Source of the DNA: Heterodontus francisci
Lineage: Eukaryota
Direction of reading: 5' to 3'
Length of the DNA: 64,000 nucleotides
Assembly: GCF_036365525.1 (NCBI RefSeq)
Contig: NC_090404.1
Location: forward strand, 11,250,550-11,314,549
Under the pieces are notes generated by a model, which was not told the origin of the DNA, made no database searches, and saw only the letters and a program-made list of their open reading frames with translations. The position numbers were made by a program, and so were the translations under genes. Within the stretch, counting starts at the first letter, position 1. Each line of letters begins with the position of its first letter. Below, one piece after another: positions 1 to 10,859 of this stretch.

Positions 1-392
1 AGGGTGCCTGATCTGGCAGCTCCTGTTTATAGAAAGCTGGATCGGAGTGGTTCTGAATTTATATGCCGAGCAGAAACAAAGGTTTTTAAACTAATAAACT
101 GAAGACTGGAAGAAGGAAATGTGTTCAGATATGGGTAAAGAATGGATACAGACGATAATGAGGAGCAAGGAGACAGCGAAAGAGCGCAGAAAAACAAAAA
201 TGGTGTTAAGGCATCACAGATTGAAAATAAAGTTAATTTTTCGTGTAAATGCGCGTTGTAATCTCAAACTTATATAACTATACAAGTGGACATCGGTTGC
301 TCTTGCTGATTGTTGTGTTTTATTGCAATCTTAAGAAGGTCCCTGTGACTCACAGAGGAGGCTGAATTATTGCTTCTGTTTATCGGTGTGAG

Positions 393-407
393 GGCGCCCT
401 CTGGTGA
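393..407 (-). promoter_or_regulatory. CTCF-motif match about 25 bp beyond the V RSS nonamer
   Basis: Minus strand TCACCAGAGGGCGCC matches the CTCF core consensus CCASYAGRKGGCRS. Confidence 0.55.
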
Positions 408-431
408 GCTCTAACTGGAGTTCTCAGTGTG

Positions 432-978
432 CGTTTTTGTCCGAGATCCGCCATTTCTCTGCACCAATGTCAAGCTCATGGCACAGAAATACATGGCGGT
501 GTCAGAGATCAGTGTGTTGTGGATCGTTAGATAGGTAATCTTGACAATTTTGCTAAAAGGAGAAGAGAATCGGTCAGTGAAGTCGGGTTCCGTAGAGATA
601 AAACACGTACTGTTTAGGCTGCCCGGAGTGCTGACTGTACCAAAACATAGAAGGGGTAGAAATGCTTGTTTTCCAGGTACAGGTTAGTGTGATATTACTT
701 TCCTCTTCATCCATCATTTCGGGAACCGGCTGTTCCATTGTGTCTTAGTGGCTCCATTCAAAAATACAAAAAACAGTAACAGTCACAATGAGCATCAACA
801 TCATATGGATCAATATAACCGTCAACACCACTATCATTGGCACGTCACCTATAGAAACAGCTCCACTATGGCAGACAAGGTTGGGGTGGGGGGAGGGAGG
901 GGAATGGATTTTACTGGGAAGGAAATACTTACTGAGAAGTGCTATAATAATGAAAAGTGGTGTGAGACGGTTCCATAT
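432..978 (-). pseudogene. TCR alpha/delta-type V segment pseudogene (leader 978-933, V exon ~760-472, degenerate 23-RSS 471-432)
   Basis: Minus strand reads MEQPVPEMMDEEESNITLTCTWKTSISTPSMFWYSQHSGQPKQYVFYLY, frameshift, then EPDFTDRFSSPFSKIVKITYLTIHNTLISDTAMYFCAMSL. Nonamer ACAAAAACG at 440-432; heptamer decayed. The 46-nt hydrophobic leader (ATA in place of ATG, WNRLTPLFIIIALL) ends at a phase-1 GTAAGT donor. Confidence 0.88.
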
Positions 979-2132
979 GATGCTTCCTGAGTCTGTAACT
1001 CTGCAATCGAGGAAATCCTCAGTTGGTGGAGAAATACAGCTCCCGGCCACACTACACTGCCGATCTAACTAATACCAAACAAGGAACAGCGGCAGCAATC
1101 TCTCCAATAAGACAGAGCAGGCAAGGAAGGTCAGCGAGGGAACAGCAAGCTGAAGCTGTGGACGGGGATGGTGCAAACTGCAGTTTGAGCTACCTCAGGA
1201 TTCTGTGTAACTGCTGAAATTGCGCGGTGATGCTCACATGAACTCGGTTTTGATGGAATGGAAAGGGCGATGGTTGGATGCCAGAATTCTGCTGTCAGGC
1301 TGCACCTGCTCACTGTTCAAGTGACTGGGAACAAATAATTTGCGAGAGAAATGAAGAAAATAGAAGTGTTGGATCATACAGCACGGAATGACGCCATTCG
1401 GCCCATTGAACCTGCGCCGGCTCTTTGAAAGTGCTAACACCTTCGTCTTACTCTCAATGCTCTTTCGACACAGCCTTGCATTTTTCCCGTTCATTTACAT
1501 ATACAGTTCTCTTTTGAAAATTACTATTGAATCTGCTTCCTTCACCTTTCCAGGCAGCGCATTCCAAATCCTGACAATCAAAGTGTGAAAAATAAATCTC
1601 CTCTCCCGTGTCTTTTTTTGTCAATTCCCTTAAATCTGAGTCAGTGGAATATCAAACTTCCTGCCCTTGGAAACAGTTATGTGAGATCTACTCCATCAAA
1701 ACTCCATATATTTATCAACCAAACAATTAAATCTCCATTAATCTTCTTTCATGTAGGGAGAATAATTGCAGCTTCCCGAACCTCTCCACAAGTCCCACAT
1801 CCCTGTACTATCCTAGTACATCTTCTCTGCACCCTCTGCAAGGTCTTCACATCCTTTCTACATAGAATTGGACTCAATACACTCACTGCCACGTACTCAG
1901 TTATTCAGAAAGTTTTGCCACAACTGTCTTCTTAAACAACACCAAAACTAATGACAGGGTCTGTTTACCTCCAATTTACATTTCTAGAATACAACATCTG
2001 ATATTCGTGTTTTTATATGTGACGATCAGAAATGTTCATACTGGGGACAGCTGGGGAGATGGGAGGTTGCACACACCCAAATTCAGACCGATCCTGTTTA
2101 ACCTCCTGTTATTTGTTCCTCTACCTTCACAG

Positions 2133-2285
2133 TTGGACTATGTGTCGATCCAGCAACTCAGTCTCCGGTGATATTAACCTTGCCAGAAGGGAGTCTGGTG
2201 CAGCTTGATTGCAGATATACAGATCCTGATATTGACTACATGCAATTGTAACTGAGGGAGGTCCCAAAGGGTTTAATATGGCAGA
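2133..2285 (+). pseudogene. Truncated TCR V exon fragment (FR1-CDR1 only)
   Basis: Polypyrimidine tract and CACAG acceptor (AG 2131-2132), then GLCVDPATQSPVILTLPEGSLVQLDCRYTDPDIDYMQL*LREVPKGLI. The WY motif is mutated to TTG TAA; no 3' half or RSS is seen. Confidence 0.7.
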
Positions 2286-3429
2286 TTTGTGCACAGAAAC
2301 ATCAGCAACAAAGAAACGTGGTTCAATTCCTGTTCATGTATTTTTGTTGATCTTGGTTGAAGGGAGGAATGTTGAGCAGGACACAGTGTGGGAAAATGGG
2401 AGCTTTAATGTCCACCTAAACAGACATTGGGTGGGGGAGAGATTATTGGTTCCTGCTGTCCCCAGAAATATAATTCCTTTTCAGCACTGTACAGATTGGA
2501 AACCTGGTTAATATGCTCAGGATCTGAAGTTGAGGTGGAATCCAGAAACTCCTGATTCTGAAAGAGGAGTCAAATCACTTTATTTAAGCTGCTGCTAAAT
2601 TGCTTAATGCATTCAGGTGACATTTTAAATCAACAGTTTTATCACGACATTGGTTAATACCGTTGCTGTTAAACTTACATAGACTGATATCACAAATAGC
2701 AACGTCAAAAGTGCAATGAAGAAACGTTTGATTCATGTAATTGAAATTCATAGAGACAAGGAATATGGTTTCGCAGAAGGAGGCCATTTAGCCCTTCGCG
2801 TTGGCTCTTTCAAAGAGCCATCCAATTTGTTCCACTCTCCTGGTCTTTCTCCAAACCCCTGAAAATCTTCCCCTTATAGTATATATCCAATTCTCTTTTC
2901 AAATTTATTATTGCATCTGTCTCCACCGCCTTTTCAGGTAATTTATTTCAACTCATAACAATTCACTGCATAAACAATCTCCTCCCCAGTCCCACCCCCA
3001 CTCCTTCACCAGTTATCTTTAATCTGTCCTCTGGTCTCCCGGTCACTTTCCCGGAGTATTTGACCATGGCCGGTTCACAGGGTTTATTTGAGTGTGTTGC
3101 TGGCTCAGAGACAGTTTATACACAATGTACAGATTTCACAAGGTAGTGACCATAATATTTAAAACAAGCCCCAAGCCCAGAGTTCCCGCGATATCCATTG
3201 TCCTTCCGAGTGTCTCTTCATTCTCTGTCACTGCAGCTGGAAACTGAATATTACAGACCTGGAAATCAATCATTACTGAATTCAAATATCATTTCAAATG
3301 CAAACCACAGAAGAGGAGGGTGCAGGAAGCATTTGTTTAAATGACAGGGAGAGTTTATTCTTTGTGTATATTGTGTATATCTGCCTGGATATTGACAATG
3401 TCACTGGACTGTCTCATATTGTAACCTGA

Positions 3430-3665
3430 CCCTCAGTTGCTGGTCTGAGGGAAGCTGCCGTGTCTGAGGCTCCATCCTTCAGATCAGACGTTTAACCGAG
3501 GCCCCGCCAGCCCGTTCAGGGAGATGTTAAAGAATCCCCGGCACTATTGGAATAAGAGCGGGGAGGAGGGATTCTCCCAGTGTCCTGGGACCACATTCCA
3601 CCCTCAACAAACACCACTCAATAAAAACACATGGAGCGACCTCCCAGCTCATTACTGTGGGGGAA
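3430..3665 (+). mobile_element. Deu-domain SINE (SacSINE1/AmnSINE-like) fragment upstream of NAR-TCR V; paralogous copies at ~19945-20185 (-) and ~53910-54120 (+)
   Basis: Contains CTTCAGATCAGACGTTTAACCGAGGCCCCG...GATGTTAAAGAATCCCCGGCACTATT...GTGTCCTGG...CCCTCAAC, resembling the Deu central domain as I recall it (not aligned). Confidence 0.6.
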
Positions 3666-3880
3666 AGGAGGGCGGCAGCCTCTACTGACAGAGCAATTCC
3701 CCCAGCCCCACCCCCTGTACATCAGACTAATGTGGGACGGGATTTCACATCGGGCTCACAGACCCAATGAAGCGACAGAAAACTGCAAGTTCCATCTTTA
3801 AATCTATCACTTATTCACATAACACACAACCAGAGACCCGGGAACGTGCGGCCCATCAATCATCTCCGGGACACTGCCCT

Positions 3881-3981
3881 CTGCAAATCAACTCGACCCG
3901 CTGAAGTATTTCAGTCCAGCTCTGAGGTCCAGTCTTCCAGAGCAGTCCAGGGCTGCATTCTCCAGCTCCCCGTCATATAAA
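3881..3981 (+). promoter_or_regulatory. NAR-TCR V promoter: octamer-like CTGCAAAT (3881-3888) and TATA box TATAAA (3976-3981)
   Basis: TATAAA lies 30 bp before the leader ATG; both motifs are retained in all three clusters. Confidence 0.6.
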
Positions 3982-4005
3982 CCATCAGCTCCAGGCAGCA
4001 AAACG

Positions 4006-4456
4006 ATGGGAATCCTCCTTGTTTTCACCCTGTGTGTCTGTTTACCCAGTGAGTACCGATCAAGCAAACTGACATTGTGTGGATTTAATATAAAGCTGCC
4101 CGAGTCCATCCGAATTACAGACACTGTCTCGGGTTTGAGCCTCGTTGTGTGGTTCGGTTCTGATGGCCCATTAAACTCTGTTTAATTTCCAGTCTCTTTC
4201 AGTCAGTCAGTGACACAGACCCCGGCAGCGGTGACCAGGAAGGAGTGTCAGTCTCTCACCATCACCTGTGTTTACAGTGGTGGTTATTGGGATTATAATT
4301 TTCTAAATGGACATTTCTTCAGACAGCGAATCTCGGGCAGAGGGCGATGTGTTGTGTCGGTGAATAAGGGAGAAACGTCATTTTCCCTGCGAATTCGGGT
4401 TGCGAGAGTTGAAGACACCGCCACCTATTACTGTAAAGCTGAGTACAGATACAGCA
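4006..4456 (+). CDS. NAR-TCR V segment, cluster 1 (leader exon 4006-4048, V exon 4193-4456)
   Basis: Leader MGILLVFTLCVCLP with GTGAGT donor; TTCCAG acceptor; V = SFSQSVTQTPAAVTRKECQSLTITCVYSGGYWDYNFLNGHFFRQRISGRGRCVVSVNKGETSFSLRIRVARVEDTATYYCKAEYRYS. VNAR hallmarks: no CDR2, RISxxGR, YYCKA, non-canonical FR1 Cys. Confidence 0.92.
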
Positions 4457-4494
4457 CACAGTGATGGGCCTCGGCTTCCCGCGGTACAAAAACT
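4457..4494 (+). other. V RSS (CACAGTG - 22 nt - ACAAAAACT)
   Basis: Heptamer 4457-4463, spacer 4464-4485, nonamer 4486-4494. Confidence 0.95.
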
Positions 4495-4810
4495 CTTTCT
4501 GCAGATTACCACAGAAACAAATGGAAAAGTATAGTTAATCCGTTAAACCTCACATTTCCGCCTCGCACCGTCTCTCCCACAGTCTAGTTTATAATGAGAT
4601 AGAATTATTTCCATTAACATCTTGACTTTTATAAATGTCGAGTATGCGCGAGTGTCTTTCCCAGGATCGGTGTCAGTGAATGGAGATTGGGAATGACTGA
4701 TTCCAGTTCCAAATCACTAACACCAGATGAGATCCTGATCTAACAGCTGGAACCGGGAACCACAGTTCCCGCCGTTAAACTATTGTCCCCACATCTCTCC
4801 AAGTACCGGG

Positions 4811-4880
4811 GGATTTGATGCTGTCTTGAAGCACAGTGTTTACTGGAATGGCCACAGTGGGTGAGACCTGAACAAATACC
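4811..4880 (+). other. NAR-TCR D segment, cluster 1 (coding 4839-4852, TTTACTGGAATGGC) flanked by 12/12 RSSs
   Basis: GGATTTGAT-12-CACAGTG on the 5' side; CACAGTG-12-ACAAATACC on the 3' side. Confidence 0.9.
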
Positions 4881-5199
4881 ACTGTACAATTAAAATAGAA
4901 ACTCACCGGGCTGGGGTCCCGAATTGTAGGGCTGATGTTATCATCGCTGTAATATAGTTTAATTTTTCAGTAATTTCCTCCTTTTTGTTATCTCTGACAT
5001 TTTTCTCTGTTTATATGAAGCGCCATTTCCGGCCTGTGTTCCTGGGCCATGTTACCAAGAGCTTAGAATCTCATAAAGAATAGTTTGAACCGACAGAGAC
5101 TGTGAAACATGGAATATTGTCCATTCGTCTAAAATCCCTGGAATAAGTGGGCAGCGTCGACTATCTGGTGATGTGTGACCGGCAGATTGAGGTGTCGGT

Positions 5200-5287
5200 T
5201 GTTCTTGTACCGTGGTGACTGAGAGCGATGTCACTGTGCAGATTAGATACGTGGATGGATCCGGGATGGTAGTGACTGTCACAGCGG
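5200..5287 (+). other. NAR-TCR J segment, cluster 1 (23-RSS 5200-5238, coding 5239-5287)
   Basis: TGTTCTTGT-23-CACTGTG, then QIRYVDGSGMVVTVTA and a phase-1 GTAAGT donor. DGxG is a NAR-type J motif. Confidence 0.92.
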
Positions 5288-5959
5288 GTAAGTGATTGCA
5301 ATTATAGACTGTCCTGGTGAATGTTCACCCTCAGTTCATTATTGCAGTCAATAACACCTCAATCCGTTGAAAATAAAGCAGAGCAGTTTCCTAATGGAGC
5401 TTTTCCATGGCAGTTTGCGATTTAGGGCAGACTATGAACTGGGAGGATGGTCCAGGTTTGAGTCTGGAGACATGAGGTGAGACCCCACGGAACAGACAGT
5501 CTGCGGGGTGCTCACCCCATCTGGACCATCATTAGTTTAACGTGGACTTCGGAGGATCCCCAAGACATCCCAAACTCTTTCTCATTGTGATCCACAGTTG
5601 GTTTAAATACGCGCAGATTGCCGAGACTCCGGCCTCCTCTCCCGCTGTTCACTGTGACTGAGGAAGCTCTGTCTGTCCCTGTGAACACGGGAGAGGGTGA
5701 CAGAGCTCTCCCGTGGGCACGAAATGCCATTCCGGGCCGGGCAGTGTGAATGAGGTACCAGGAGAGTGAGCCAAACACTAAAGCGATCCCTTCTATACCT
5801 GCAGCGGCCTGTCTGATGCCGACAGTTAAATAGGGGACACAATATATTCCCAATGCTAATTTAGCAAGTCTGAAATGATAATTCAAGGCTGCGGTGCAGA
5901 GTAGCGATTTGGGTAAAATCCAGCCGTTTGGGTCAGGAAGGGCCAGGTGCTTTAATAAC

Positions 5960-7478
5960 GGTAATAAGGCTGAGTGACTAAGGCCACAACAGGGAAAAAT
6001 AGTAAAAAAAAATGAAAAGCGTTATAACTGAATTCACTCATCATTCGTAAGAAGACAGATGAATTAACAGCGCAATTGGGGATTTATGTATTTGATCTTG
6101 AAGCCATTGCTGAGACAAGCTTACAGGGTGAGTAAAGTTAGGAACTAAATATGCAAGGGTACTTGACTTTTGGAAAAACTAGGCAAAATGAAAAAGGAAA
6201 CGGGGTAGGCTGGAGAATAAAGGATGAGATAAAGGCAACCGTGAGAAAGGATCTTAGACCAAAAAGTCAGGATCTAAAATTAGTATAGAGCTTCGAAATA
6301 AGAATGTTCAGAAACACTGGTGAATTAAAAACAATCATATTGTTAGCCGGAGTCTAAATCAGCAAGTTAGAGGAGCATGTAACAGGACGAATGCAATAAT
6401 CATGGGGGACTGTAATCTCTATCTAGTGAGCAAATCAAATTGACAAAAGTAGATTGGAGGACGAGATTCAGGAATACATTCGAGACACCTATCTAGAACA
6501 ATATGTCGAGGAAACTAACTACAGAATTGACTATCTAATATTTTGCAACGAGACTATATTAATTCATATCTGTAACGTATTCTCTGGGAAAGAGTGATCC
6601 TAATATGATAGATGTTATATTCAATTTAAGAGTAATATGGTTAAGCCCGAAACTAGGGTCTTAAAGTTGAAAAAGGTCATTTAGGGATGGATACGAAGCA
6701 TGCAGCCTGCGCTAGACTGGGGGTTTTGATTAAAATAAGCAATGGCAAACATTTAAATAAATAATTCATGATTCTCAACAAACATACAATCACAATCAAT
6801 GGTAAAGGGGGGAAATAGAATATGAGAGTAAATTAGCAAGAAAAATGAAAACAGATTGCAAGAACTTTTACACGTATGTTAAAACGAAGGGAACAGTTAA
6901 AGTAAATGTGGACTCTTAGAAGCAGAAACAAGAGAAATTATAATTGGGAAGAAGGAAATGGCCGGCACCTTAAACAGATATTTAGTGCCTACCTTTGCAG
7001 TAGAGGACATAAAGAACATAATGGAAACTGTGGAGAATCAAGTGTCTAATTAGTGAGAAGAAGTTAAAGTAATTCATTTTAATCAAGAAAATATACAGGA
7101 AAAAATAATGGTATTAACATCTCACAAATCCCCTAAAATCGATTGCCTAGCCTAGGGTTTTAAAAGAGGTATCTGCAGAGATAGTGGAATTCTTGGTTTG
7201 ATCTCAGAATTCTCTAGATTCTGGAACAATACCCGTTGATCGAGAAAGGAGAGACAGAGAAAACAGGGAACTATAGGCCAGCTAGCATCAGTAATATATA
7301 CAAAATGCAAACATATATTATAGGGGACGTAGTGGTAGGGAAATAGGAAATTCATCATATAATTAGACAGAATCAACATGGCTTTATGAAACAGAAATCG
7401 TATATGTCGAATCTATTCGCGTTTTTGAGGTTTCACTAAAGGGCAGTATGGATGCAGTATATTTGGATTTTCAGAAGG
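5960..7478 (+). mobile_element. Old, heavily decayed CR1-type LINE fragment
   Basis: Remnant motifs (ATAATCATGGGGGAC, GGGAACTATAGGCCAG, CAACATGGCTTTATG, GTATATTTGGATTTTCAGAAGGC) resemble the better-preserved CR1 copies in the window. Confidence 0.65.
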
Positions 7479-7479
7479 C

Positions 7480-7856
7480 CGGGTTGTCCGTCCAGTTTCA
7501 TTCCTTTTTATTGACTTCGTAGCGGTTAGATATAACTGAGTAGCTTGCTACGCCATTCCAGACGGCATGTAAGAGTCAAACACATTTCTGTGGGTCTGGA
7601 ATCACACGGAGGCCAGACCAGGTAAGAGCAGCAGATTTCCTTCCCTAAAAAACGCTAACAAACCAGTTAGGTTTTGGCAACAATCGACAATGGTTTCACG
7701 ACAATCATTACAGTAGCTTTTTAATTGCAGATTTGCTAATTGAACTCAAATTACACACTTTGCTTGGGTGGGATTTGAGCCTCTGCCCTCAGAGCAAGAC
7801 CCTGGGTCTCTGGGTCATTGATCCAGGAGAAATACCACTACGCCACTGCCTCCCGG
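7480..7856 (-). mobile_element. tRNA-derived 5' head of the LINE family also seen at 11170-14400
   Basis: Minus strand starts GGGAGGCAGTGGCGTAGTGG (A box) ... GGCTCAAATCCCACC (B box); homologous to 13670-14020. Confidence 0.7.
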
Positions 7857-7859
7857 CAC

Positions 7860-9500
7860 GTTGAAGCCCCCACTCTACCATTACCATCAAGCCAAGAGAC
7901 CAACCCTGGTTCAATGAAGAGTGCAGAAGGGCATGCCTGCAGCAGCACCAGGCATACCTCAAAATGAGGTGTCAACCTGGTGAAGCTACAGCACAGAACT
8001 ATCTGCGTGCCAAACTGTGCAAGCAGCATGGATAGACAAAGCGAAGCCCCCATAACACATGAATAGGATGGGAATAGAGGGATACGGTTCCCGGAAGTGC
8101 AGAAGGTTTTAGTTTAGGCAGGCATCAAGATCGGCGTAGGCTTGGAGGGCCGAATGGCCTGTTCCTGTGCTGTACTGTTCTTTCTTCTTTGTTCTTTGAA
8201 TGGCCGGTTCCTGTGCTGTACTGTTCTTTGTTCTTGTTCTTTGTAACCAGCGTATCAGATCTAAGCTCTGCAATCCTGAAACATGCAGCCGTGAATGGTG
8301 GTGGACAATTAATCAACTAACTGGAGGAGGTGGCTCCACAAATATCCCCATCCTCAATGATGGGGGAGCCCAGCACATCAGTGCGAAAGATAAGGCTAAA
8401 GCATTTGCAACAATCTTCAGCCAGAAGTGCCGAGTTGATGATCTAACCTGCAATGTGGAAAATTGCCCAGGAATGTCCTGTACACAAAAAACAGGACATG
8501 TCCAACCCAGCCAATTACCACCCTATCAGTATACTCTCAATCATCAGTAAAGTGATGGAAGGTGTCATCAACAGTGCCATCAAGCAGCACTTGCTTAGCA
8601 ATAACCTGCCAGGGCCACTCAGCTCCTGACCTTATTACAGCCTCAGTTCAAACATGGACAAAGGAGCTGAACCCAAGAGGTGAGGTGATAGTGGCAGCCC
8701 TTGACATCAAGGCAGCATTTGACCGAGTATGGCATCAATGAACCCCAGCAAAACTGAAGTAAATGGGAATCGGGGGAAACCCCTCCGCTGGCTAGAGTCA
8801 TACCTAGCACAAAGGAAGATGGTTGTGGTTGTTGGAGGTCAATCATCTCAGCTCCAGGACATCACTGCAGGAGTTCCTCACGGTAGTGCCCTAGGCCCAA
8901 CCATCTTCAGCTGCTTCATCAATGACCTTCCTTCAATCATAAGGTCAGAAGTGGGCATGTTCGCTGATGATTGCACAATGTTCAGCACCATTCGCGACTC
9001 TTCAGATACTGAAGCAGACCATGTAGAAATGCAGCAAGACCTGGACAATATCCAGGCTTGGGCTGATAAGTGGGAAGTAACATTCGCGCCACACAAGTGC
9101 CAGACAATGACCATCGCCAACAAAAAAGAATCTAACCATCTCCCCTTGACATTCAACGGCATTGCCATCCCTGAATCCCTCACAATCAACATCCATTGAC
9201 CAGAAACTGAACTGGAGTAGCAATATAAATACCGTGGCTACAAGAGCAAGTCAGAGACTAGGAATCCTGCAGCGAGTAACTCACCTCCTGACTCCCCAAA
9301 GCCTGTCCACCATCGACAAGGCACAAGTCAGGAGTGTGATGGAATACTCTCCACTTGCCTGGATGGGTGCAGCTCCAACAACACTCAAGAAACTAGGCAC
9401 CATCCAGAACAAAGCAGCCCACTTGACTGGAACCCCATCTGCAAATATTCACTCTCTCCACCACCTATGCAGAGTGGCAACATTGTGTACCTTGCAATAA
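7860..9500 (+). mobile_element. CR1-group (L2/Crack-like) LINE RT fragment, with a nested CR1 3' end at ~8058-8243
   Basis: ORFs 8729-9199 and 9162-9500 contain GVPHGSALGPTIFSCFIND, MFADDC and QQDLDNIQAWADKW; frameshifted and internally deleted. Confidence 0.9.
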
Positions 9501-9771
9501 ACACCAACATTCCATTTATTAGTCTAAGCCCTCTTTCTAATTCTGTGACGCAGAGCGGTTTTGTTGGAATAGGGTTTGGCAACTAAGACTTTCAGAGTGT
9601 CGTCATTGGTTGTACATTAGGCTGAGCAACACCGCTGTCGCTGACACATTTATTGAAGGCAGGTTTCAGTGGGAAAGCAGCAATTGCGACATTAGCAAAA
9701 GGCTACAGTGGAAAGGTTCGGTTTCAGTGCGGGAGAAGTAGAATGGCACGTAGAAGATCAGAGACTAAAGA

Positions 9772-9844
9772 AACGCAACGTGGGGCTCGAACCCACGACG
9801 CCGAGATTAACAGTCGCATGCTCTGCTGCTTGAACTAGCCGGGC
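9772..9844 (-). pseudogene. tRNA-Lys(CTT)-derived pseudogene (anticodon now GTT)
   Basis: GCCCGGCTAGTTCAAGCAGCAGAGCATGCGACTGTTAATCTCGGCGTCGTGGGTTCGAGCCCCACGTTGCGTT closely follows vertebrate tRNA-Lys-CTT; acceptor and anticodon stems are mispaired. Confidence 0.8.
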
Positions 9845-10394
9845 ACGCCAAATGGCTGCTCTACATCTTATACAACAGCAAGGCAATTCTTGGTTTCCAC
9901 CTGGTGTCTCAGTCTGCTCCGGATTCCAAGGTGACTGGCAGAAGCCCGACGCTGCCATGCATTCCACTCAATCGTCAATAACATCATTCACATCTTCCAC
10001 TTCTTAGCTGCACGTCCTTCCAAACATTGCCACCCATTTTACTTAGGATTTCTTCCGGCATTTACCAACATTGTGCCCTCATCCTGAAATGAGATTCTCT
10101 TCAGTAACAAGGAAAGTCTCAGCACACTGAGCTTCTTCTCTCGTGAAACAGAAGGCTGAGAGATGACCTGATAGAATTTGGAAAGCTTTGTCCTTGGTTC
10201 ATCAGGGAATCGAGGTGAAATTTATTCACTCAGCTTCAGTTTACAACTGCTGAATCTGCATCAAACACATCATGAGATATTTATCGATTACACATTGAGA
10301 TGTCATTCTAAAGATCAGATTTTGGCATCTGCTGAATCAGCGTTTTATCCGCCCCCCTCTCACTCTCTCTCTCTCTCTGTCTCTTTGTCATTAG

Positions 10395-10500
10395 ATTACA
10401 GCAGTGACTACGCTTCAAATGTACTTCATTGGCTGCAAAACGCTTTGCGATGTCTTGACATCGTGAAAGGTCTTGCTTAAATGTAAAGCTTCCTTTCTGT
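10395..10500 (+). mobile_element. Deu-SINE/L2-type 3' tail fragment
   Basis: CAGTGACTACGCTTCAAATGTACTTCATTGGCTGCAAAACGCTTTG...GTGAAAGG; partly duplicated at ~10800. Confidence 0.55.
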
Positions 10501-10859
10501 CTGTCAATCTTAATGAAGAACGATATGGAATTGTGAAATATATCTGCTCCTTTCAGTGTCTGCTCCACTTTCTGTCTATCTGTCATTCCCTATTTCTCTG
10601 TATGTGTCCCTCTCCGTCTATATGCCTGCCTCTTTTTCCCTCTCCCCGATCGTCCTCCGCTTTGAAGCATACGGGCACGAAGTCACTTGTGTGCATTCAC
10701 CTCCTTGGGGAATTAAGCCACACGGAGACACATAGAGTGACACATTGAAAGACACAGTCACATACACTGAGAGTGAGGGAACGCTAAGAGAGACAGACTG
10801 CAGTGACTACGCTTCAAATGTATTTCATGAAACTCACCTTCCCAGCTGCCACCTCGCTC

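Noticed and set aside
745-1072. Overlapping ORFs 745-1050, 748-990 and 788-1072 as genes
   Set aside because: They span the leader and intron of the V pseudogene; low complexity and no domain.
4006-5287. Calling the clusters IgNAR (antibody) genes
   Set aside because: Single D, FR1 Cys, no constant exons, and location among TCR V segments next to a leaderless CDR1-Cys V-delta all fit NAR-TCR better.
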